Source: Halorussus marinus (GTDB taxonomy: Archaea > Halobacteriota > Halobacteria > Halobacteriales > Haladaptataceae). Taken from it: 64,000 bases of DNA. Positions within the stretch are counted from its first letter, which is position 1. Every line of letters begins with the position of its first letter. Both the position numbers and the translations under genes were made by a program. Where the stretch lies: contig NZ_SBIV01000001.1 of assembly GCF_004765795.1 (NCBI RefSeq), positions 558,001-622,000 on the forward strand, in the 5' to 3' direction. Shown here piece by piece: positions 52,572 through 60,971 of the stretch. A model generated the notes under the pieces. The model saw nothing but the letters and a program-made list of their open reading frames with translations. It was not told the origin of the DNA and made no database searches.

Positions 52572-54289
52572 CAGATCGGCTTGAGCGTGTCCTCGCCCGA
52601 CTCGTAGCACCGTCCGCCCATCAGCGCGGATTCGAGGGCGTCCTCCACGTCGGCGGGGGTCACGTCGTACTCCTGGACGACCGCCGCCAGCAGGGTCTCG
52701 CGGGCGACGCCGTCGCCCTCGTTGCGCTCGCGCATCGTCTCCATCACGACCTCTTCGAGGTTCTCGGGCTCGGCGTCGTCCTCGTCTTCGGCGTCGCTCG
52801 CGCCGGCCGCGTCTTCGGCGTCGCCCTCGTCGCTCTCCGCCGCCGGGCTCGGTTCGTCGGGCTCCGCGGCGCCCTCGGCGTCGTCCGGTGCGGGCTCACC
52901 GTCTCGGGGCGTCTCGGCGGCGACGTCCTCGGCGGTCGGCTGGGCGGGCTCGCTTTCGTCGGCGTCCGGTGGGGCCTCCTGCTCGGCGTCGGGGGTCTCG
53001 ATGTCGGCCTCGCCGGGGTCGTCGACCTCCGTCCCCGAGGAGAACTCGAGACCGTACTCCGCTTCGACCTCCTCGCGCTCCTCGTCGTCGAACTCGTACA
53101 TCTCGTCGCCCGCGCCCGCGGTGCCGATGTCCGGCCCCTCGTCGTCCGGGTCGGGTTCGTCGACCTCGTCGGTCGGGGCGTCGACCTCGTCTTCGACTGT
53201 CGGCGGCTCGTCGGTCCCGATTTCGTCCTGAAGGGCCGCGGCGTCGTCGGCGTCCTCGACGCTCGGTTGCTCTCCGTCCGAGCCGGCGTCCCCGACGGTG
53301 CTGGTCGGCGCTTCCCCGAGGTCGGGCGTCTCTGTTTCGCTCGTCTCGGTCTCGGCCATTTCGGCCTCACCCGTCTCGGCCTGAGCGGGCTCGGACGCCG
53401 CGGTCGTCTCGGTCGCCTTCGGCGCCGTTGCCCCGTCGCCGGCGGGTTCGCCTTCGGCGGCTTCGCTCGGTTCGCCGTCCGCCGACGGCGCCTCTGCCGC
53501 CGTGCTCGGCTCGTCGATCGAGTCCGCGTCGGACGAGTCCAGTTCGGCGACCGAGTAGTCGAGATCGAGGTCGGCGTCGCCGCCCTCGTCGGGCGCGAGG
53601 TCGAGCGGCCCCACGTCGTCGGCGTCGATGTCGCCGGCGACCACGCGGGCGGCGTCGAGCGAGAGATCGCGGACCGCCGCGAGGTACGTCTCGGCCGTCC
53701 CGTAGTGGTCGAGCGCGAGCGGGATCCCCGCCGCGAGGCCGGCGTCGACGCCGGCCGATTCGAGCGACTCGCCGAGCGCGTCGCCGGTCGCGCCCGATTC
53801 GAGCGCGTCGGCGACCGTCGAGACCCGTCCGAGCGTCTGCTCGGCGGTCTGGACCACCCATCGGTCGCGGGTGTCGGCGTCGACCGCGTTGATGGATTCG
53901 GGTCTGACCGAGGTGAACACCCGATCGCTGTCCTCGGGCTGGAAGGTCCGGGCCTTGCCCGTCACCGCGACGAACATCGGCGGCTCGGCGCCCTCGAGGA
54001 ACGCCATCTCGTCGGGCTGGTACTGGCCGGCGTAGACGACGAACGCGCCGGTCGGGTCGACGATGCGGGCCCGGAGCACGTCGTCGCTGACCTGCTCGAC
54101 CTGCGTGAGCACGCCGACCGCGAACAGTCGGTTCACGCGCGCGCCAGTGGGCGTGACGACGTAGTTGGGCGCGCGCTCCTCGTCGCTCTCGGAGTGTTCG
54201 AAGTCGGCGTCGTCGAACTCCGCGGCGAAGAGTCGCCACGCGACCTCGCGGCGGCCCGCGCCGCCCTGCCCGTTCTCTGGGTCGCTCAT
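52571..54289 (-). CDS. RPA-associated protein (OB fold, long acidic linker, C-terminal helical domain)
   Basis: RREVAWRLFAAEF, RAPNYVVTPTG, DPTGAF.VYAGQYQP; overlaps the rpa stop. Confidence 0.85.
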   Translation of the reverse strand: MSDPENGQGGAGRREVAWRLFAAEFDDADFEHSESDEERAPNYVVTPTGARVNRLFAVGVLTQVEQVSDDVLRARIVDPTGAFVVYAGQYQPDEMAFLEGAEPPMFVAVTGKARTFQPEDSDRVFTSVRPESINAVDADTRDRWVVQTAEQTLGRVSTVADALESGATGDALGESLESAGVDAGLAAGIPLALDHYGTAETYLAAVRDLSLDAARVVAGDIDADDVGPLDLAPDEGGDADLDLDYSVAELDSSDADSIDEPSTAAEAPSADGEPSEAAEGEPAGDGATAPKATETTAASEPAQAETGEAEMAETETSETETPDLGEAPTSTVGDAGSDGEQPSVEDADDAAALQDEIGTDEPPTVEDEVDAPTDEVDEPDPDDEGPDIGTAGAGDEMYEFDDEEREEVEAEYGLEFSSGTEVDDPGEADIETPDAEQEAPPDADESEPAQPTAEDVAAETPRDGEPAPDDAEGAAEPDEPSPAAESDEGDAEDAAGASDAEDEDDAEPENLEEVVMETMRERNEGDGVARETLLAAVVQEYDVTPADVEDALESALMGGRCYESGEDTLKPI

Positions 54290-55554
54290 TCTGCCACCTC
54301 CGCGAGCAGGCGCTCGGCCCGCTCGACCGGCGAGTCCTCGCAGGCCTCGAACTCGGTCACTTCGAGGTTCGCGCCGTAATCGTCGACCGAGAGGTTCCCC
54401 CGGACGCGGAACTCCCGACCCACGATCTCCTCGCGGATGTCGTCGGCCACGACCTCCTTGTCCATCGCCTCGCGGGCCTGGGCCTTGGCGTCCTCGACGT
54501 CGCCGCCGTACACCTCCTCGGTGCGCTCGGCGTCGAGCACCGCGGTGACCGTGCCCGTGCCGTCGTCGAGGATGGCCTTCACCCGGAGGTCGTCTTGCCC
54601 GTCGACGTCGCCGTGGCTCCGGCACTGACCGTTCTGGGTCACCCGGCCACACTCGGGACACCGCTCGATGAGGCCCGAGCCGTCACGGACCGCAACGATG
54701 CTACCGAGGATCTCGACGTCGTACGCGCCGCCGGTGTCGACGGCCTCCCGGACCGTCATCCGGGTGCCGGTGTCGCTCACGTCGAGTTCGCGGTCGAGCC
54801 CCGCGACCGTCGTGAACTCCGAGAGGTTCACCGACGGGACGCCGCGAAACTCCCTGACGTAGACGTCTTCGAGCCGGAGCTGTGCGCCCTCCGCGACCTC
54901 GGGGCGGGCCTCCCAGTCGGTGAACGGGAGCCGCGCGCTCTCGTCGGCGAGCACGCCGCTTTTGATCTCGGTCTCGCCGTCGCGGCCGTCGATGGTCTTG
55001 GTCTCCGAGTCGACCGCCGACACGTCGAGGTTGATCCCGCGGTCGCCGGGTTCGAGGTCGGCGAGGTCGGCGTCCCCGCCCACCTCGTAGGGCACCTCGA
55101 TGTCGTCTTCCATCGCGACGCTCGTGCTCTCGCCGAGGTTGAGTTCGGGGCGGCCCTCCCACTCGCGGACGCCGGCGTTGCCCGCGGTGATGGTGTCGCC
55201 CGCAGAAAGCCCGAAGTCCTCCCACGCGGTGTAGGAGATCGTCCCAGTCTCGTCGGCGAGTTCGCCCTCGAAGATGACCTGGGTGTCGCCCTGATACCGA
55301 ATCGAGCGCTTCCCGACGGTCAACACTTTCCCGGTGACGGTGACGTTGGCGTCGTCGGTCGTCACGTCGGCGACGTCGGCCCGGGCGGGTTCGCTCGATC
55401 CCCCGCCGCCGTCGCCGTACTTCCGGCGGAGGCTCTGTTTGGCCTCATCGACCGGGACGCTGTACTCTACGAGGTTCTGCAAGTCGGCTTTGACCTCCTC
55501 CTTGTCGACGCCGAGGTCGGAGGCGAGGTCCTCGGCATGGTCGTCGAGACTCAT
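54286..55554 (-). CDS. rpa: Replication protein A / single-stranded DNA-binding protein
   Basis: Repeated OB motifs (ADETG, ADESA, DDGTG); zinc finger CPECGR...CRSHG. Confidence 0.9.
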   Translation of the reverse strand: MSLDDHAEDLASDLGVDKEEVKADLQNLVEYSVPVDEAKQSLRRKYGDGGGGSSEPARADVADVTTDDANVTVTGKVLTVGKRSIRYQGDTQVIFEGELADETGTISYTAWEDFGLSAGDTITAGNAGVREWEGRPELNLGESTSVAMEDDIEVPYEVGGDADLADLEPGDRGINLDVSAVDSETKTIDGRDGETEIKSGVLADESARLPFTDWEARPEVAEGAQLRLEDVYVREFRGVPSVNLSEFTTVAGLDRELDVSDTGTRMTVREAVDTGGAYDVEILGSIVAVRDGSGLIERCPECGRVTQNGQCRSHGDVDGQDDLRVKAILDDGTGTVTAVLDAERTEEVYGGDVEDAKAQAREAMDKEVVADDIREEIVGREFRVRGNLSVDDYGANLEVTEFEACEDSPVERAERLLAEVAE

Positions 55555-55591
55555 CGTCCACACCTTGCTCGGGGCGGACTAAAAGTGTTCG

Positions 55592-56962
55592 TCACCGGAA
55601 CCGAACCGGCCACCGGAGCGACACCGACACCGACGACGCCCGGAGTTCGGCGACCAGCCACGCCAGCGCGGTGACCGCGCCGACGAGCGCCGCCGCGGCG
55701 TGGCCGAACCCCATCCACACCGGGAGGACGAACGAGACGCTGTTTATCGCCTTTCGGGGGGTGATCCCGGCGACTTCGAGCGGGTCGTCGCCGATCTCCT
55801 CGCGCTCGCGGCTGGTGAGTTCGGCCGCCGAGGCCGCGGGGCCTCCCGCGCTCTCGTCGCCGGTGGCGAGCCGCTCGACGTCGTACGGCGAGTACGTCTC
55901 GATCTCCCAGACGATCTCCCCGTCCGGGTCGACTTCGACCACGCGGTGGTTGTTGGTGTCGGCGATCAGGGTGTTGCCGTTCGGGAGTCGGTCGGCGTCG
56001 CGGGGCCACAGCATCTCCTCGTCCGACCAGACCCACGACTGCTCCCACGCGCCGTCGGACGAGTCCGACGAGGCTCGCGAACCGTTCGTTCGCTCACCCC
56101 CGTCCTCGCGCTGGTACTCGATCACCCGGTCGTTGAGCGAGTCGGCCACGACGACGGCGGGACCGCCCCGCGCCTCCGGGACGTAGTCGGGGTTGTGCTG
56201 TTCGTAGAGGACGCCGTACTCGCCGTCGGCGCCGAGCGTCCAGTTGGACTGGAGCCCGGTTTCGGGGTCGACGAACGCCACCAGATCCTGGTTCCGGAGG
56301 CTCGTCATGTACCGGCCGTCGGGCAGGCGTTCGACGTCGTTCAGGTGCGACCAGTCGGCGGGGTACTCGCCGCCGCCCGACAGCGGGAAGTCGGTCTGGG
56401 CCGACCACTCCCACGTCTTCAGGCCGGTCTCAGTGTCGACGACGTACAGCCCGTCGCGGTGGATGTCCCCGACCAGCAGTTCGTGGTCGCTCAGCCGGTC
56501 GACGTCGTGCCAGTTTGCGCCCCGGTCCTGCGGGACGACCCGCGAGTAGCGGCGGGTGACCTCGCCGGTCGTGAGGTTGACCCGCTCGACCAGCGACTGG
56601 GTGCACTTGGCGTTGCAGTGCGGGCTGTCGTACGATCGCTCGGCGACGTACTCGACGGTTGCCCGGCCGGCGTCGACCGGGTCCACGTCGAAGTAGCCGT
56701 CGTGGGTGTCGTTGCGGTAGACCACCGTCCCGTCGGGGCCGAACGCGGTCAGAGCCGCCGACCTGCCGTCTTGACCGTGGCCGGCGACCACGGTGACGTC
56801 CTCGCGGGGTTCGACGACCGGCGTGCGCTCGGCCGGGGCGAGCGAGGCTTGGGTCTCGTACGTCTCGATGGCGGCGTGGGCTGGCCCGGTGGCGTACCCG
56901 TGGCCGAGCACGGCGAGACAGACGAGGAGGACCGCGATCGCGGTTGCTCGGAGGCGTCGCAT
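55592..56962 (-). CDS. Arylsulfotransferase (ASST)-like beta-propeller, membrane anchored
   Basis: N-terminal signal/TM, WHDVD, HLNDV, SLRNQD, EQHNPD, WPRDADRLPNGNTLI, C-terminal TM. Confidence 0.75.
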   Translation of the reverse strand: MRRLRATAIAVLLVCLAVLGHGYATGPAHAAIETYETQASLAPAERTPVVEPREDVTVVAGHGQDGRSAALTAFGPDGTVVYRNDTHDGYFDVDPVDAGRATVEYVAERSYDSPHCNAKCTQSLVERVNLTTGEVTRRYSRVVPQDRGANWHDVDRLSDHELLVGDIHRDGLYVVDTETGLKTWEWSAQTDFPLSGGGEYPADWSHLNDVERLPDGRYMTSLRNQDLVAFVDPETGLQSNWTLGADGEYGVLYEQHNPDYVPEARGGPAVVVADSLNDRVIEYQREDGGERTNGSRASSDSSDGAWEQSWVWSDEEMLWPRDADRLPNGNTLIADTNNHRVVEVDPDGEIVWEIETYSPYDVERLATGDESAGGPAASAAELTSREREEIGDDPLEVAGITPRKAINSVSFVLPVWMGFGHAAAALVGAVTALAWLVAELRASSVSVSLRWPVRFR

Positions 56963-57035
56963 CTATCCCAACGTCCGCGACTGGAAGCATAAAACGACCG
57001 AAAGCTGTTTTCGCGGCGGGCGAGTAGCCCCGCGC

Positions 57036-57683
57036 ATGCACGTCGTCGTCAACGCCGCGACGAGCGCCGACGGCAAGCTCTCCTCGCGCCGGCGCGAACA
57101 GATCGCCATCTCAGGCCCCGAGGACTTCGACCGGGTCGACGCGCTCCGATCGGACAGCGACGCGGTCGCGGTCGGGGTCGGCACGGTGCTCGCCGACGAC
57201 CCGAACCTCACCGTCGACGACCCCGACAGCGACCGGGGGGAGTCCGACCAGCCCGCGCGAGTCGTCGCCGACTCGCGGGCCCGGACGCCGACCGACGCGC
57301 GGGTGCTCGACGAGCGGGCGAGTACCTACCTCCTCGTCTCGACTGCGGCCCCCGACGAGCGGGTCGCCGCGCTCCGGGAGGCGGGCGCGCACATCGTCAC
57401 GGCGGGCGACGATCGAGTCGACCTGACCGCGGCGTTCGCCCAACTGGAGCGGGCGGGCGTCGAGCGCGTGATGGTCGAGGGCGGCGGCGAACTCATCTTC
57501 TCGCTGTTCGAGGCCGAACTGGTCGACGAACTCCGGCTGTTCGTCGGGTCGACGATCATCGGCGGCCGCGAAGCCCCGACGCTGGCCGACGGCGAGGGGT
57601 TCGTCGAGTCGTTCCCGGCGCTGTCGCTGACCGGCGTCGAGCGCCTCGACGACGGCGTCCTGTTGGAGTACGTCGTCGACTAA
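57036..57683 (+). CDS. 2,5-diamino-6-ribosylamino-4(3H)-pyrimidinone 5'-phosphate reductase (RibD C-terminal type)
   Basis: SADGKL, VGVGTVLADDP, MVEGGG, PTLADG. Confidence 0.92.
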   Translation: MHVVVNAATSADGKLSSRRREQIAISGPEDFDRVDALRSDSDAVAVGVGTVLADDPNLTVDDPDSDRGESDQPARVVADSRARTPTDARVLDERASTYLLVSTAAPDERVAALREAGAHIVTAGDDRVDLTAAFAQLERAGVERVMVEGGGELIFSLFEAELVDELRLFVGSTIIGGREAPTLADGEGFVESFPALSLTGVERLDDGVLLEYVVD

Positions 57684-57711
57684 CGGGTTCGAAAAACTGT
57701 CGGCGTCCGGT

Positions 57712-58011
57712 TCAGTGGTCGTGGCCGGTCATCTCGCCGAACGTGGTCCCGAACCGCTCCTCGAAGAGGTCCATCGTCGCTTCCTCGTAGGCCTCTACTT
57801 CCTCGTCGACCTCGCCCTGCGCGTGGTGGACGACCGCGTGGCCCTGCTGGGCCAGCGAGAGCATCGCGAGGTCGCCGAGCACTTCGGTGCGGGTGTCCTC
57901 GCCCTCGCGGAGCATGTCGACGAGGCCGTTCGGGACGGTGAGTTCGTCGGTTTCGCCGTCGGGCGCTTCGATAGTGTACGTCGCGGTCTCGACGTCGTCT
58001 GGGTCGGTCAT
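57712..58011 (-). CDS. Conserved small acidic protein
   Basis: 99 aa ending FEERFGTTFGEMTGHDH. Confidence 0.75.
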   Translation of the reverse strand: MTDPDDVETATYTIEAPDGETDELTVPNGLVDMLREGEDTRTEVLGDLAMLSLAQQGHAVVHHAQGEVDEEVEAYEEATMDLFEERFGTTFGEMTGHDH

Positions 58012-58104
58012 ACGCTCACTTTCGCCGGCGGACGTAAAGAAGTGCGGGTACGCGCCCGGCGGCGCGGTCGCGGCCGCGTTCGAACACGACGCCGGCGGGT
58101 CGAC

Positions 58105-58776
58105 TCACCCGGAGTCGCCGGTCTCGGTGGCGTTCACGATGACGTCTTGGACCGTCGTGGTCTCTTCGGTCGTGGCGTTCCCGTCGACCGTCGTCGCGGT
58201 CGTTTCCTCGGTGGTCGTCTCTCCGGTTGTCGTTTCCGTCGTCGTTTGTTCGGTCGTCGTCTCTGTGGTCGTTTCCTCGGTGGTCGTCTCTCCGGTTGTC
58301 GTTTCCGTCGTCGTTTGTTCGGTCGTCGTCTCTGTGGTCGTTTCCGTCGTTGTTTCCTCTGTGGTCGTCTCCGTTTCGGTCTCTGTTTGCTCTGTCTCCT
58401 CGGCCTGCTGGGTTTGGTCTTCGGCCTGTGCTCGGTCCCCGCCGCCCGTCTCCAACTGGGCTTCGAGGAGCTGGAGCGTGTCGCTGAAATAAATGGCGCT
58501 GGTGGTGAACGAGTAAGTTTGGCCCTGTTCGAGCACGCCCTCGCGCAGGAAGACGAGGTTGTACTCGCCGGGGCTACACCCGGTGTAGTTGACGATGTAG
58601 CCGTTCCAGTCGGTCGGGTCGACGACGGCGCCGTCTCCCGCGTCGGGATCGGACGGATCCACGTACCCGAGGATCTGATTGACCGTCGGCTGTTGAACTC
58701 TGCTCACCGTCTGGAAGTCGACGTTCGGGACGTAGTCGTCCACGAACACCAGCGCCGTGGTCTGTAGTTGTTGCAT
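58105..58776 (-). CDS. Paralogue of the upstream Tat protein with Thr/Glu-rich tail
   Basis: Shares VFVDDY..VSRVQQPTVNQILGYVDPS..VVDPTDWNGYI..NLVFLREG with 58923-59504; start uncertain (GTG 58899 is an alternative). Confidence 0.75.
   Translation of the reverse strand: MQQLQTTALVFVDDYVPNVDFQTVSRVQQPTVNQILGYVDPSDPDAGDGAVVDPTDWNGYIVNYTGCSPGEYNLVFLREGVLEQGQTYSFTTSAIYFSDTLQLLEAQLETGGGDRAQAEDQTQQAEETEQTETETETTTEETTTETTTETTTEQTTTETTTGETTTEETTTETTTEQTTTETTTGETTTEETTATTVDGNATTEETTTVQDVIVNATETGDSG
58198..58345 (-). repeat. Perfect 69-bp tandem duplication within the Thr-rich coding tail
   Basis: Identical units start at 58201 and 58270 (23 codons each). Confidence 0.9.
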
Positions 58777-58922
58777 GGGTTCACTGACGCGTCGTCTCTC
58801 AGGAGGGAGCGGTCCGGGGTCGGCTGTCTCACCCCGGCGGTCCCGTTGGCGCGACGAGCGCGGATCGTCCGGTTCGTCGCTCGTGACCGGAGTGGTCACT
58901 GTGCGAGTTAGAGGGGGTTTGT

Positions 58923-59504
58923 CTATCCGCCTCCACCCTCCTCGTTGTCGCCGTCGCCGCCGTTCTCACCGCCGCCGTCCCCGCCGTCCCCGCCGCCGTC
59001 ACCGCCACCGCCGCCACCCGATTGGATCTGGGATTCGAGCAACTGGACCTCGTTGTCGAAGAAGACGGCGCTCGTAGTGAACGAATAGGTTTCACCTTCG
59101 GCGAGCGCGCCCTCGCGCAGGAAGACGAGATTGTAGTTTCCGGGGCCACATCCGGTGTAATTGAAGATGTAGCCGTTCCAGTCGGTCGGGTCGACGACCG
59201 CTTGGCTTTGCTGTTGGTTTCCGTCCTCGCCCTGCTGAGACGGGTCGACGTAGCCGAGAATCTGATTGACAGTCGGCTGCTGAACACGGCTCACGGCCTC
59301 GAACTCGACGCCGGGTTTGTAGTCGTCGACGAACACCAGTCCGGTGCTCGCCTGCTGGACTCCGTCCTGCTGTTTCAGCGTGTCGCCCGCCACGCTCCCG
59401 CTACTAGCGAGTCCGAGTGCGGCCGCGCTCGATGCGAGCGCACCCTTTTTCATAAACGAGCGCCGCGAATCGTCGACGTCCTCTGTCGTATCCTCTCGTG
59501 CCAT
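58923..59504 (-). CDS. Tat-exported protein with Gly/Asp-rich tail
   Basis: SRRSFMKKG plus h-region; GGGGAG SD-like sequence upstream. Confidence 0.85.
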   Translation of the reverse strand: MAREDTTEDVDDSRRSFMKKGALASSAAALGLASSGSVAGDTLKQQDGVQQASTGLVFVDDYKPGVEFEAVSRVQQPTVNQILGYVDPSQQGEDGNQQQSQAVVDPTDWNGYIFNYTGCGPGNYNLVFLREGALAEGETYSFTTSAVFFDNEVQLLESQIQSGGGGGGDGGGDGGDGGGENGGDGDNEEGGGG

Positions 59505-60019
59505 AGTTCTCTCCCCTCACCCCGTCTGGGGCGATTCGTACGTGCCACGGTGAGGTTCATAAAAAACGACGACTGTTCTGACTCGTAACGCCTGTTGGCG
59601 CGTTCGGCCGAAGATATTACATCGGCTTTCCAGACTGTATTATTCGTTACCTATCGACACGTCGCCGTTTATAGTCCGAGCCTTCGACCGGCGGAATCAC
59701 CTTACCGACCCCGCTCTGGCGGAACTCTGAGTCGACCGAGATCCCGTCGGTCCATGACTGCCTACAAGCGACTCCACCGTCGATTAGGAGCGACCTAACG
59801 GAGAGTCGGGGTTCCGAAATCAGTCGTCCGAACTCAGTTCTGCGACGGTTTCGACGCCACGACTGGCGACGAAGCTCCCGGTTCCCTCGGCGGTGTCGAT
59901 GCCCGTCGCTAGTATGACAATTATCCGTTGAACGGTCGGCGGCCTATATTCGCTGGAATCGAGTTAATACACACTCCCATGGATCAGAGGGAACCAAAAC
60001 ACACTGGGGTGGGACAGCG

Positions 60020-60967
60020 ATGGCCGTGAGGAGCCAGATCGGAGCGGTCGCCGTCGCCGTGTTCGTCGTCACCGCGATGGGTGCCGTCGTATCGGCACGG
60101 ACGGGCGCCGGAGACGCGACTGACGCTCCGGGCGTCGCGGACGCTCAGGAGACGACGACTGCGCAGAACGAGACGGCGGTGATGCTCCGGAATCTGAGCG
60201 CGCCCGCCGAGGTAGAAGTCGGCTCGGCGTTCACCGTCCGGGCCGATCTGGTGAATCGCGGCGACGCCGAGGACGTCAGGCGGGTCAGATACCGGATCGC
60301 AGGCAACGTCATCCAGTCGACGGTCGTCCAGCTCTCGCCGGGCGACGCCGAAACGGTGACGTTCAACGTCACGGACGCCAACACGTCCGGCTTCCCGACG
60401 GGGACGTTCACGCAGGGCGTGTTCACCGACGGTGCGAACGTCACGACCAATCTGACGCTCACCGCCCCCGGCGAGACCGCCACGCCGGGCGACGAGGCGA
60501 CCAACGAGACGACCGCCGAATCGGCCAACGAGACGACCGAGGCGCCACCCGATCAGACGACCACGCAAGCGACGGCCGACGAGACGGCGAGTCTCGACTT
60601 CGAGGACCAGCGCTCGAACGGGAGCGCGGTCACCGTCCGTTCGGTCGCCGTTCCGGAGGGCGGCTTCGTCGTGATCCACGACAACGGCGTCGTGGAAGGC
60701 GACGTGGTAGACAGCATCCTCGGCACGTCGGAGTATCTGGACGCCGGCACGACCGAGAACCTCACCGTCCCGCTCGATCGACCCCTGAACCAGTCTCAGG
60801 AGGTCGTCGTGGTGGTGTACCGTGACACGAACGACAACCGCACGTTCGACTTCGTCACGTCGAACCGGACGGCCGACGGCCCGTACACGAAAGTCGACTC
60901 GAACGAGGCGGTAAACGGGATCGCCGTGGTCGACGTGACCGACGGCGCGACGAACGAGACGGCCTGA
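60020..60967 (+). CDS. Secreted/cell-surface glycoprotein with two beta-rich domains
   Basis: Sec-type signal peptide, many N-x-S/T sequons, FEDQ.SNG..V.V...PEGGFVVIH and DTNDN..FDF....DGPY. Confidence 0.8.
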   Translation: MAVRSQIGAVAVAVFVVTAMGAVVSARTGAGDATDAPGVADAQETTTAQNETAVMLRNLSAPAEVEVGSAFTVRADLVNRGDAEDVRRVRYRIAGNVIQSTVVQLSPGDAETVTFNVTDANTSGFPTGTFTQGVFTDGANVTTNLTLTAPGETATPGDEATNETTAESANETTEAPPDQTTTQATADETASLDFEDQRSNGSAVTVRSVAVPEGGFVVIHDNGVVEGDVVDSILGTSEYLDAGTTENLTVPLDRPLNQSQEVVVVVYRDTNDNRTFDFVTSNRTADGPYTKVDSNEAVNGIAVVDVTDGATNETA

Positions 60968-60971
60968 CCGC

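Noticed and set aside
58198..58345. Repeat as a possible CRISPR array
   Set aside because: Contiguous in-frame tandem units with no spacers and no cas genes
59595..59798. 67-aa TTG-start ORF in the large intergenic region
   Set aside because: Basic, atypical composition for a halophile and no motif support
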